Positions 28,397 to 37,034 of a stretch of 64,000 nt of DNA are shown one piece after another; position 1 is the first letter of the stretch, and each line of letters begins with the position of its first letter. The notes below the pieces were generated by a model. The model was not told the DNA's origin, searched no databases, and saw only the letters and a list, made by a program, of their open reading frames with translations. The position numbers and the translations under genes were made by a program. The stretch is from Desulfobacteraceae bacterium (GTDB lineage Bacteria; Desulfobacterota; Desulfobacteria; Desulfobacterales; Desulfolunaceae): assembly GCA_041660385.1 (NCBI GenBank), contig JBAZWJ010000031.1, forward strand, positions 3,137 to 67,136, given 5' to 3'.

Positions 28397-28403
28397 TCAT
28401 GGA

Positions 28404-29519
28404 TTACGAATCGCTTTGTCCAAGCATCTTTCGATAAAAATGATCTGTATTTTCGATCATTCTTTGAATGCTGAAGTTATTTTCAATAAATTCATAGCCG
28501 GACTGTCCCATCTGTTCTGCTTTTTCAGGTGATCGGATTATTTTCAAAACAGCTTCCGCCATTTTTAAATCATCATCCGGGGGAACAATCCAGCCGGTAG
28601 CTCCATCTATCACAAGCTCAGCGTTTCCACCCACATCGGTTGCCACAACAGGAAGCCCCATGGCCATGTATTCCATAATGGAGTTGGAAAGCCCCTCTGA
28701 ATCCGATGAAATAACACCCAGAGTTACTTTTTCAAGCAACTGGGCCACATCACGTCTTCTTCCCATAAACGCCATCACGGATGTCAGACCCAGATCTGAT
28801 GAAAGTTGCTCAAGTGATTCGCGTAAATGTCCGTCTCCAATAACCTGATACTTAACTTCCAGATGTTCTTTATGAACAATGGCACAGGCTTTAACAAAAA
28901 GGTCCACCCGTTTCACTTCACGATTAAGATTGGCCACAATAGCCACAATGCATTCTTTTTTATTGTCCTTTACTCCTGTTCTATTTTCAAAGGACTTAAT
29001 ATCCAGCCCATTATAGATAACGCTGATTTTCTCAGATTTTATTCTCTCCATCTGAGCGGCTTTTTTCTTAACCGCATTGGAATTGGCAATCACTCCAGAT
29101 ACAAAGCGGTTAGCCGCTCTGAGCTTAAGTATGTCCATTGGCGAAAGATTGAATCCCATGTCTCTTCGAGAAGAAATAAGGGTCTTGATACCAGAAAACC
29201 TTGCCAACAGAATTCCAATACTGTTTGATGCAGGGAAAAAAGTATGAACAATATCGGGTTTCTCTTTCTTCAAGATCCTGTAAAGTTTTATTATTGAAGG
29301 TAAAGACTTCGATATATCGGACTTTACACCCAGACTTTGAATCATCACATCCGGGAATAATGAACCAGCTTCGTCAATGATAAACGGGCTGTCCTGCAAT
29401 GAAATCAGAGTCACGGAATATCCAAGGCCAGGCAACTGCCGTAGCAGATGTGATAATTGATTTTCTGTCCCAGCATTAATCGTTCTTAGGAAATCTACGA
29501 TATAAATAATTTTAAGCAT
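28404..29519 (-). CDS. Glycosyltransferase family 4
   Basis: 'LKIIYIVDFL...AGTENQL', 'VISSDSEGLSNSIMEYMAMGLPVVATDVGGNAELV' (E-x7-E region). Confidence 0.8.
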   Translation of the reverse strand: MLKIIYIVDFLRTINAGTENQLSHLLRQLPGLGYSVTLISLQDSPFIIDEAGSLFPDVMIQSLGVKSDISKSLPSIIKLYRILKKEKPDIVHTFFPASNSIGILLARFSGIKTLISSRRDMGFNLSPMDILKLRAANRFVSGVIANSNAVKKKAAQMERIKSEKISVIYNGLDIKSFENRTGVKDNKKECIVAIVANLNREVKRVDLFVKACAIVHKEHLEVKYQVIGDGHLRESLEQLSSDLGLTSVMAFMGRRRDVAQLLEKVTLGVISSDSEGLSNSIMEYMAMGLPVVATDVGGNAELVIDGATGWIVPPDDDLKMAEAVLKIIRSPEKAEQMGQSGYEFIENNFSIQRMIENTDHFYRKMLGQSDS

Positions 29520-29541
29520 ATATTTCTTTTACCATGAAAAA

Positions 29542-29603
29542 TATGAAGGGCATGAAGTTAATTTTGCGACCCTTTCGTTCTACCCCCCTTCATGCACTTC
29601 ATA
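29542..29603. repeat. 16-bp inverted repeat in an intra-operon gap
   Basis: TATGAAGGGCATGAAG (29542-29557) and CTTCATGCACTTCATA (29588-29603), 15/16 complementary, 30-nt spacer. Lies between the GNAT stop (29619) and the GT4 start (29519). Confidence 0.6.
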
Positions 29604-29618
29604 GTGCTTTCATTAACT

Positions 29619-30665
29619 CTATTGATAGAGTTCAATGTCTCCATCTCCATGCCAGAAATCCCAGCGGCAGAGGCCAATCCTTTGCTGAACTTCGGTATCT
29701 AACGCAAGATACGTGAACCGTGGAGACCGGTTCGTTGGTAAAAATCCAAAGCGATAAAACCATTTCCTTGCATCCGGGTGTGTGGCAAAACACCAGATTC
29801 GTGAAACCTTATTATCATTGAAATAGCTAATTGCAGCCTGGATCAGGGCATACGCGCAATCACGATCATTATTGTTACAGATCATATCCACAATCCAGCC
29901 CTCTTCCGATTCAGGCCCGATACAATTCACAATAATGGCACCACGCGCATTTTCCGAACCCGCTTTTAATATGGTGTACTGTTTCACAGGGCACCGTGTA
30001 TATCGCCAGTTCAGATAGTCTTTCCCCTTCCGGGGTCGCAGTGTATTATCGTCAATCAAAGCAGCGTCAAGATCATCGAAGCTGTCATCAAACTCATTGA
30101 TCTGATGAACGTTTATCTTCTGATTAATTTTTGGGAAAGGTAACAGTATGCTCCATAGTCCAAGAACATGGAACAGACTTTTTTTCATCATGGAACCCTG
30201 AATGGCTTTAGACCGGCAGACTCTGATCATGTAATTCGAATGGGAAACATCCTTGTACCCAAGGGCTTTCCTCAAACCATACATGGCATTGCTTGTACCT
30301 TTGGCAAGGGACAGATTAAAACCTTCGCTACCATGGATTACAAGTTTTTTTCCAATTCCCCTGCCCCGTACAGATAGAGAAACCATCGAATCCTGCTGCC
30401 ACGAAGCATTTATTTCTTTACCCGAAAAACCGATCTCCACAGGAGCAATCCCGACGCAGCCTGCTATCCCCAGCCGTTCATCAACGGCAATCACCGCTTT
30501 TTCTGCCATAGAAAAAGGGAGGTTTTCCTTTCTCCATTCCCAGCAACGGACAAAACGTTCGTACTCTTTCAGATTGTCTTTTAAAAAAGCGAGAAGAGCC
30601 TCTTCATCACTCTGACTCATCATTTTTATTTTTATCGGATTAACAGTTGAAATTCTATCATTCAT
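29619..30665 (-). CDS. GNAT-family acyltransferase (two GNAT-like halves)
   Basis: 'VRGRGIGKKLV' (motif A R/Q-x-x-G-x-G/A); second half 'ARGAIIVNCIG...GWIVDMI...DCAYALIQAAISYF'. Alternative start at M15/M16. Confidence 0.6.
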   Translation of the reverse strand: MNDRISTVNPIKIKMMSQSDEEALLAFLKDNLKEYERFVRCWEWRKENLPFSMAEKAVIAVDERLGIAGCVGIAPVEIGFSGKEINASWQQDSMVSLSVRGRGIGKKLVIHGSEGFNLSLAKGTSNAMYGLRKALGYKDVSHSNYMIRVCRSKAIQGSMMKKSLFHVLGLWSILLPFPKINQKINVHQINEFDDSFDDLDAALIDDNTLRPRKGKDYLNWRYTRCPVKQYTILKAGSENARGAIIVNCIGPESEEGWIVDMICNNNDRDCAYALIQAAISYFNDNKVSRIWCFATHPDARKWFYRFGFLPTNRSPRFTYLALDTEVQQRIGLCRWDFWHGDGDIELYQ

Positions 30666-31800
30666 ATGGATTTGTAGATTTTTCTGATGTGATCTTCAAA
30701 GATCGTTTCAATGTTAAAAAAAGTTGCTTAAAATGGCTGGGTCTGATTTTTTTAATTCTTGACCAGGTCAAATCCCCTCCCATAACTGGTTTAACTCGAA
30801 TCTTCCATTCCATCTGAAGCGAATATAGTTTCCAGATAAAATCATATGCTGGCGAATTAAGTCGTAAGCATAGTTTTTTAAACGCAGTTAATCGTCTTTG
30901 CGATTTATCCAGTTTTATGATTCCATCATTTGTAATGAGCGTTGGAATAAAACGATATGTATGCTTGTTTTCTGATGAATTTATAACCGTAAGACCGCTT
31001 TTCCTGTTGTTCTCAGACAACTTGAATTGGCTCTGATGTGGTTTACCTTCCCTGTTGATGAAGGACCAGTTGAATTCATCAAAGAGAAAATTACCCATAC
31101 TATAACAGATCAGACTACCATCATAAGTCTCTATCCCTTGAAGGACATGGGGATGATGACCCAGAATAATATCAGCGCCTGCCTGTACAAGTTTTTTTGC
31201 CATACTGCGCTGTTCAGGAGTCGGATATTCATATTGCTCGATACCCCAGTGAACAATTACAATCACACAATCCGACTGTTTTTTGCACTCTATAATGGTA
31301 TTCACTGTTTCAGTTAGATCAAGGAAAGCAACACCAGGTTCCTGTTCTCCCGCATAACATCGCGACGCAACAACAACCGAGGACCTGGCTATAACAGCAA
31401 CATTATGTCCATTCAAATTCATAAATAACGGCTTATTGGCTTCATTTCTGTTTTTCCCGGCACCTGTAAAAGGCAGCCCTGCCTCTTCAAGTGCGGCAAT
31501 TGTGCTGAAAAGTCCATCTTCACCGTAATCCATCATGTGGTTATTGGCTAATGAAACAAGATTTATTCCTGTTTCTTTCAAGATATCAGCCCACCCGAGA
31601 GTTCCTCTAAGTGTGCATTTCCCTTGAACAGGATGACCTGAGTCACAGGTTATCAGAGGATTTTCAAGATTAATAACAGATAGGTCAGAATTTTTGAATA
31701 CCGGTGTAACAGAAGAAAACACTTCAATCAAAGGGGTGTCGGAATGACTTCCATAAAAAGAAACATCACCTGTTGCACATATACTGAAGCCAGAGCCCAT
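30658..31800 (-). CDS. CapA/PgsA-family protein (metallophosphatase fold), copy 1
   Basis: 'CATGDVSFYG', 'NLENPL', 'LANNHMMDYGEDGL', 'VIVHWGIEQYEYP', 'IILGHHPHVLQG', 'YSMGNFLFD'. Confidence 0.75.
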   Translation of the reverse strand: MGSGFSICATGDVSFYGSHSDTPLIEVFSSVTPVFKNSDLSVINLENPLITCDSGHPVQGKCTLRGTLGWADILKETGINLVSLANNHMMDYGEDGLFSTIAALEEAGLPFTGAGKNRNEANKPLFMNLNGHNVAVIARSSVVVASRCYAGEQEPGVAFLDLTETVNTIIECKKQSDCVIVIVHWGIEQYEYPTPEQRSMAKKLVQAGADIILGHHPHVLQGIETYDGSLICYSMGNFLFDEFNWSFINREGKPHQSQFKLSENNRKSGLTVINSSENKHTYRFIPTLITNDGIIKLDKSQRRLTAFKKLCLRLNSPAYDFIWKLYSLQMEWKIRVKPVMGGDLTWSRIKKIRPSHFKQLFLTLKRSLKITSEKSTNPYE

Positions 31801-31803
31801 AAC

Positions 31804-33195
31804 TTATATTTCCTTTGACACATTGGATATGCAGAAACGCGTTTTACCCGATTTTTCTTTCGGTATATCAGGCACATATTCTTTAATAATTTTCAACTCA
31901 CCTTTGAAATAATAATTCAGACGTTCATCAAGCTGTTTCATATCTCGATCCGAAAAATCAGGTCCTTTGACGATTTTCACCGTCATTTCATCAATCACAT
32001 TCTGTACGAACTGCAATTGCTGAATACCGTTACAATCTTCGATGATACGATCACACAGAGAAACACCCGGGACATAAGAACCGGATGGTGTAACAAAAAC
32101 ATCGGTTTCACGACCAGCAAAAAAATTCATCATGGGCAAAGAAGAACCGCATGAGCATTTATCGTTTGAATGAATACCCAAATCCCCTATCTGATATCGG
32201 ATAAAAGGCATTTCAAAATTGAACAGATCAGTAAAAATAACATTGCCTAGTTCTCCTGGCAAAGCTTTCTTTCCATTATTCAAAAACTCCATGTATATAC
32301 TGGAACAGTTGATATGATAACCTGTGTGCTTGTTACACTCTACTCCGACATATCCCCCTTCTCTACAACCATAAAACAGAAAAACCTCACTGTTAAATGC
32401 TTTTTCGATGGTTTCTCGTTGTGAGGCATTGCATGGCTCAGCTGTAAGAACAATTGATTTGGGAGAATGAATCTTAATCGAATGTTTTAGTATATATCGC
32501 GCCATAATGTGTACAGGGTTTGAATAACCCTGAAGAATATCAGGTTTGAAATCATTAAGTTGTTTTACAAAACCACCCATTGTTTCATTATTCAGAAGAG
32601 AGGAAAAAAGATGCAGCTTATTGTGTGTCAAACGATTTACCACCCTGTACTTCAGATTCTGGATATTCGGGATGTCCTGAGGTGCCCCCCAAAGAAAGGC
32701 CACCTTGTCTCCGATATACCATTTAAACCATTCCCTGAAGTACTGCATTTCCGCTTGTTTGATTTTGGCCCTTTTCTTGTCAAAATAAATCGTAATGGGG
32801 GAATCGGTTGTCCCCCCTGTTCCGCTTTTTATTAATTTGCTCTGATCAATATTATCAGCAAAAAACCTGTCTGTGTTGTTTCTGATGATTGTCTTTGTCA
32901 ACACCGGTATTTTTTCAAAATCCTCAAGGGTTTTGATATCATTCGGTTCAAGACCTATTCGTCGCCATTCATCATAATAATAAGGGACATTAGTGTAAGC
33001 GTGATGAATTAATTTTTTTAATTTTTCAAACTGAAATTTTCTTATCTCATCCTGATTTTTTCTGTGAAACGATGTAATAAAATCAAGTTCCTCATAATAT
33101 CCCGTTCCTTTGATCGTCTGATAAAGAGGAATGGTAATATTTTTTCGTAACCATTTTTCATTGATCATGTTAAGCACCTTTATTGTGAGACACAC
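31804..33195 (-). CDS. PaaK/CapK-type adenylate-forming ligase (phenylacetate-CoA ligase family)
   Basis: 'SGTGGTTDSPITIYF' (P-loop-like AMP motif), 'GCREGGYVGVEC...GYHIN', 'IRYQIGDLG', C-terminal 'KSGKTRF'. Alternative start ATG 33168 next to the upstream stop. Confidence 0.7.
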   Translation of the reverse strand: MCLTIKVLNMINEKWLRKNITIPLYQTIKGTGYYEELDFITSFHRKNQDEIRKFQFEKLKKLIHHAYTNVPYYYDEWRRIGLEPNDIKTLEDFEKIPVLTKTIIRNNTDRFFADNIDQSKLIKSGTGGTTDSPITIYFDKKRAKIKQAEMQYFREWFKWYIGDKVAFLWGAPQDIPNIQNLKYRVVNRLTHNKLHLFSSLLNNETMGGFVKQLNDFKPDILQGYSNPVHIMARYILKHSIKIHSPKSIVLTAEPCNASQRETIEKAFNSEVFLFYGCREGGYVGVECNKHTGYHINCSSIYMEFLNNGKKALPGELGNVIFTDLFNFEMPFIRYQIGDLGIHSNDKCSCGSSLPMMNFFAGRETDVFVTPSGSYVPGVSLCDRIIEDCNGIQQLQFVQNVIDEMTVKIVKGPDFSDRDMKQLDERLNYYFKGELKIIKEYVPDIPKEKSGKTRFCISNVSKEI

Positions 33196-34498
33196 ATAAT
33201 GACGATAAAATAACTGATAGTTTTTGCGTAATAGCTTTCACGTTATATGATTCAATCATTGTTTCATCTGGCGAATAAACCGTTTCAGAGGATTCCTTTT
33301 TCAACTGTATGCATTCATAAAGAAACTGAATCACAGGAGAGGCCCTTTCGTCTGAAAAAACTCTTCCTGTATTTGTCATCTTTATAATGTTTGCCGCTTC
33401 ACCTTCGGGGAAAAAACCAATAATTGGTTTTTTCGCTGCAATGTATTCAAATAATTTCGAAGGGACATAAGTTGAACTTGCAGGCCCGGTTCCAAGGGTC
33501 ACCCACAGCAAATCTGCGGAACACATCTTTATTCGGACTTCGGCCTGGGGAATCCAGGGAATGATTTCAACGTACTTATCAAGATCAAGATCGTTGACCA
33601 GCTTTTTTGTTTCATGGTCTTTAGAACCATAGAGTTTAATTCTCACATTCATTTCATCAAGAGGAGGAATGCCCTTGGGCTGCAATCCTTTATTCCATGC
33701 TTCTATTGCATAAAACAGCGCATAGGGTTTGAATCGCGGATAGAATGTTCCGGCATGCACAATAGTAAACGTTTCATTCTCTGAAACCATCTCTGCTTTA
33801 TCAAATTCAAATAGCTCCCATCCATTTGGGAGGAAAACCACATTCTGTTTATTTATCTCTGGAAAAGCATCCAGTAAATTTCTTTTATTCGCCTGTGTAT
33901 TCGCCAGAACAAAAGACGCATTTCTATAAACAGCTCTTTCCATAACCTCAGAAATTTTAATTAATGTTTCATTGATAACCCCACTATTTCTATATGCGTT
34001 CAGCGTCCAGGGATCACGGAAATCTGCAACCCAGGGTATCCCCGTAATTTTAGACAAAAGATATCCGATAATCTGAGATGAATGGGGTGGCGAGGTTGTG
34101 TATATGGCGCAGACTTTTTTTTCTTTACATATTTTTAACCCACGGAGTAAAGCAAAGGGAAGCCAGAGAATCATATGGTCTGGAAAAGAAAAAAGACGCA
34201 TCAAAACACTTCTGATCCCTCGAAGGATGATATTTTTTGGAATCCGGTTTGACAACCACAGCCAGGGATCAAGCGTCCTTGTTCGGTGGATGGTGATTTT
34301 TTTGTCAAACATGTCTGAATCATTCAACGTTCGATTTTGCTGGGGCTTGATGGTTACGACATCAATATTCCACCCATATTCAGAAAGATACCGTGCGAAA
34401 CGTTCTGAGCGAACAGCTCCGGCACTTGGATTGGGGGGGAACGGATAGCTTATCATCAGGAGGCGTTTTGTTGGGTTCATTGAGTTAGTAGGCTTCAT
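33170..34498 (-). CDS. Glycosyltransferase (GT4-like)
   Basis: 'LLMISYPFPPNPSAGAVRSERFARYL', 'VHAGTFYP', C-terminal 'VPSKLFEYIAAKKPIIGF'. Start ambiguous (34498 or 34480) because the ATG lies in an 18-bp tandem duplication. Confidence 0.7.
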   Translation of the reverse strand: MKPTNSMNPTKRLLMISYPFPPNPSAGAVRSERFARYLSEYGWNIDVVTIKPQQNRTLNDSDMFDKKITIHRTRTLDPWLWLSNRIPKNIILRGIRSVLMRLFSFPDHMILWLPFALLRGLKICKEKKVCAIYTTSPPHSSQIIGYLLSKITGIPWVADFRDPWTLNAYRNSGVINETLIKISEVMERAVYRNASFVLANTQANKRNLLDAFPEINKQNVVFLPNGWELFEFDKAEMVSENETFTIVHAGTFYPRFKPYALFYAIEAWNKGLQPKGIPPLDEMNVRIKLYGSKDHETKKLVNDLDLDKYVEIIPWIPQAEVRIKMCSADLLWVTLGTGPASSTYVPSKLFEYIAAKKPIIGFFPEGEAANIIKMTNTGRVFSDERASPVIQFLYECIQLKKESSETVYSPDETMIESYNVKAITQKLSVILSSLCVSHNKGA

Positions 34499-34510
34499 TG
34501 AGTTAGTAGG
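34475..34510. repeat. 18-bp tandem duplication containing the start codon
   Basis: gTTCATTGAGTTAGTAGG cTTCATTGAGTTAGTAGG. Each unit carries a minus-strand ATG (34480, 34498), giving MKPTNS-MNPTK at the protein N-terminus. Confidence 0.85.
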
Positions 34511-34570
34511 GTATGTGAGCTTTTTGGATTAATTGAGTTTGTTGATATTTTTACAACCCAAGTAACCCGA

Positions 34571-35782
34571 TCATCCTTTAATTCCTTTTTTGGCAACGGA
34601 ATCATCATTTATCATCATCAGGGCATCGCAGAAAAATTTGGCTGCCCAGTTCAGGAGTTCAAACTGTCCGTATTCGGCATCGAAAGGAAAGCTGCCTTTT
34701 ACACCGCCAAGAATTCCTGGGTTTTTATGGGTCAAGTTTTGAGTTTTATTAATGAAGTCAATGGCTTTTCTGGCAGCTGATTTGTATTTCGAATCTGATG
34801 TGATTGAATGGGCTCGCAGCCATGCGATGGACGCTTGAGCATCACCGGTAAGGCAGTCCCAATCAGCTTTTGATGCCCAGTCTTTGTCGAGTCTGCCGGG
34901 AATGCCGCCGTCAGGGCGCTGGCAGGCCAATAAAGCATCAAGAGTATTTATTGCAGCTGAAATATAGCGGGGTTCGTTCAGAAGAATCCCTGTTTCCAGG
35001 ACACCCCGGGTTGCATAAACAATAGTGTGCAACAACGGTTTTTCAGGATCGTTAAGACAATTATCTGCAAACCAGCCCTTCTGATTTTGTTTTCTTAATG
35101 CGTTCTCAATATTTTTGCGGGCTGCCTCACTGTATTTTTTTTCTCCCGTAACATCTCCTAATTCAGCAAGGGCCCAAGCAACACGGGCATTGTATGTTGT
35201 TGCACCTTTCAACGCAAAATTTGAATCTCCACTGTCAAATAATCCGTTTGAATCCTGAACAGATACAAGATAATCCCCCGCTCTTTTTGCAGCTTCAATA
35301 TATTTTTTTCCGTTTGTCTCTTTGTAGACAGCAAGCCATCCGAAAATTACCTGTCCCGTATTAAAAACAGCGGGGGTGGGCTTTGCAGTCACAACACTTC
35401 CCATAACAGCTCCAGAAGACATTTGTATTTGGATTTCCCAGTCAGCCATGTCCCGGGCTCTCTGTTTCAGGGAAGCGTCGCTGATAAAATCGGCTGCCAC
35501 AATCATTGTTGGCATGATATAGCCGGTTGTTTCAGGATAAGAGGCCTGCCACCCCGAAGGTCCGTAACCTTTATATGAAGCTGACTTATAGGACCGTGAC
35601 ACGCCCTTATCCGGTGTTGAATCCTGGGCAAGACAAAGCCATCTAACTGTTTTATTTAAATGTTGATCATCTGATTGAGCCATTGATGCAGTGGATGATT
35701 CCCGATTTATTTCTTTTTTCGTTTCGCTATCAACGGGCAGATATTTCCAGAATTTATTCAAAATAGCATACTTCAAATTCAT
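34571..35782 (-). CDS. Putative (alpha/alpha)6-barrel protein (glycosidase/epimerase/terpenoid-cyclase-like); function unknown
   Basis: Periodic helix-hairpin motifs 'ETTGYIMPTM', 'NTGQVIFGWL', 'TYNARVAWALAE', 'HTIVYATRGVLE', 'GDAQASIAWL', 'LNWAAKFF'. No catalytic motif that I can name. Confidence 0.35.
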   Translation of the reverse strand: MNLKYAILNKFWKYLPVDSETKKEINRESSTASMAQSDDQHLNKTVRWLCLAQDSTPDKGVSRSYKSASYKGYGPSGWQASYPETTGYIMPTMIVAADFISDASLKQRARDMADWEIQIQMSSGAVMGSVVTAKPTPAVFNTGQVIFGWLAVYKETNGKKYIEAAKRAGDYLVSVQDSNGLFDSGDSNFALKGATTYNARVAWALAELGDVTGEKKYSEAARKNIENALRKQNQKGWFADNCLNDPEKPLLHTIVYATRGVLETGILLNEPRYISAAINTLDALLACQRPDGGIPGRLDKDWASKADWDCLTGDAQASIAWLRAHSITSDSKYKSAARKAIDFINKTQNLTHKNPGILGGVKGSFPFDAEYGQFELLNWAAKFFCDALMMINDDSVAKKGIKG

Positions 35783-35795
35783 GATTCACCTTAAT

Positions 35796-37031
35796 TTATC
35801 GTAATACAATTTGAAACATACGACCCCCAAAATAGCTGAGTCCTTTACCCAGATAACACACTCCACGCCAGAGATAGGCGAAAACACCTTCTTCCGGTTT
35901 TCCTTTTTTTGTTTCATAAAAAAGGGCCTGACCTGAAAGAACGAATTTCAACAAATCCATACGCATTCTAAAAATTTGAGGCCAGAATTCCTGGACAACC
36001 CAGTCATAACAATTCCTCATATTTCTTTTTATTAATAAAAAACTTATAAATGCAGAAAGATACGTTTTGAAATGATCTCTGCATGTAAAATAATATTTTT
36101 CGACAAGTAAATCAGGGTTCGAAATAACAGATGATAAATAGTCCAGATGTTTTTCAGCCTCGTTTTTTTTGTCACCGCTCAACAGTTCCGTTTTACCGTT
36201 GGCCGTCTCAACGCAAACAACCTGAATACCCTTAATCGCCTTGTTTTCAACGTCAGCAAGAACAAGCATGCCGATTCTCGATAATGAACTACCAATGGGT
36301 TTCATATCAAAAAGAAAATTTCCAAGGCTGTAGGCAATAAATCCATGTTTGTAATATTCGTAACCTTGAACCACGTGGGGATGATGACCGATAACAAGAT
36401 CTGCTCCCGCATCAATCAATGCACGACTCAAACGAATCTGGTCCGGTGCCGGATATTCATAAAATTCCGGGCCAAAATGCAGATATGCAATGGTGATATC
36501 GGCTTTTTCACTCAAATCGCGAATTGACTGAACTGCTCGTTTTTTTTCAAGCAGCCCGGCTCCGGGTGAGCCTTTGCCAACGGATGATATTTCCTTTTGC
36601 GCCAGGGCAAGGATGCCAAAACAGCACCCGTTTTTTTCAAAAACAATCGAAGTATTGGCTTCATCAGGCGTTTTACCGGCACCCAGCCATTTTATTCCAT
36701 GGGCTTCAAGAATTGAAATTGTATCAAAAAGTCCCCTGTCGCCATAATCCAGAATATGATTATTCGCCAGAGACGCCACATCAACGTTAAGCTTTTTGAT
36801 GATTTGAAATGCTTTAGTACTGGCCTTTAAGGTGGGAAAGTGAGACCAATTGGGTTTTTCTGAATCTGTAACCGGACATTCCAGGTTGATCAGACGCAGA
36901 TCTTGGGCCGTAAACAATCCGATGACGTCTTCTTTGAGGATCTCATCGCCCACGCCGTTTTGCATTTTCTTATCAATGCCACGGGCTAAGGCAATATCTC
37001 CTGTGATAATCATTTTCATAAGGTTAAACAC
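35796..37031 (-). CDS. CapA/PgsA-family protein, copy 2 (with ~100-aa C-terminal extension)
   Basis: 'ITGDIALAR', 'NLECPV', 'LANNHILDYGDRGL', 'AYLHFGPEFYEYP', 'VIGHHPHVVQG', 'YSLGNFLFD'. Confidence 0.75.
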   Translation of the reverse strand: MFNLMKMIITGDIALARGIDKKMQNGVGDEILKEDVIGLFTAQDLRLINLECPVTDSEKPNWSHFPTLKASTKAFQIIKKLNVDVASLANNHILDYGDRGLFDTISILEAHGIKWLGAGKTPDEANTSIVFEKNGCCFGILALAQKEISSVGKGSPGAGLLEKKRAVQSIRDLSEKADITIAYLHFGPEFYEYPAPDQIRLSRALIDAGADLVIGHHPHVVQGYEYYKHGFIAYSLGNFLFDMKPIGSSLSRIGMLVLADVENKAIKGIQVVCVETANGKTELLSGDKKNEAEKHLDYLSSVISNPDLLVEKYYFTCRDHFKTYLSAFISFLLIKRNMRNCYDWVVQEFWPQIFRMRMDLLKFVLSGQALFYETKKGKPEEGVFAYLWRGVCYLGKGLSYFGGRMFQIVLR

Positions 37032-37034
37032 TCA

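Noticed and set aside
30658-37031. Canonical poly-gamma-glutamate (capBCA) operon
   Set aside because: Two CapA-family genes are present, but no CapB (Mur-ligase-like) or CapC homologue is visible in the window. The context is a glycan locus.
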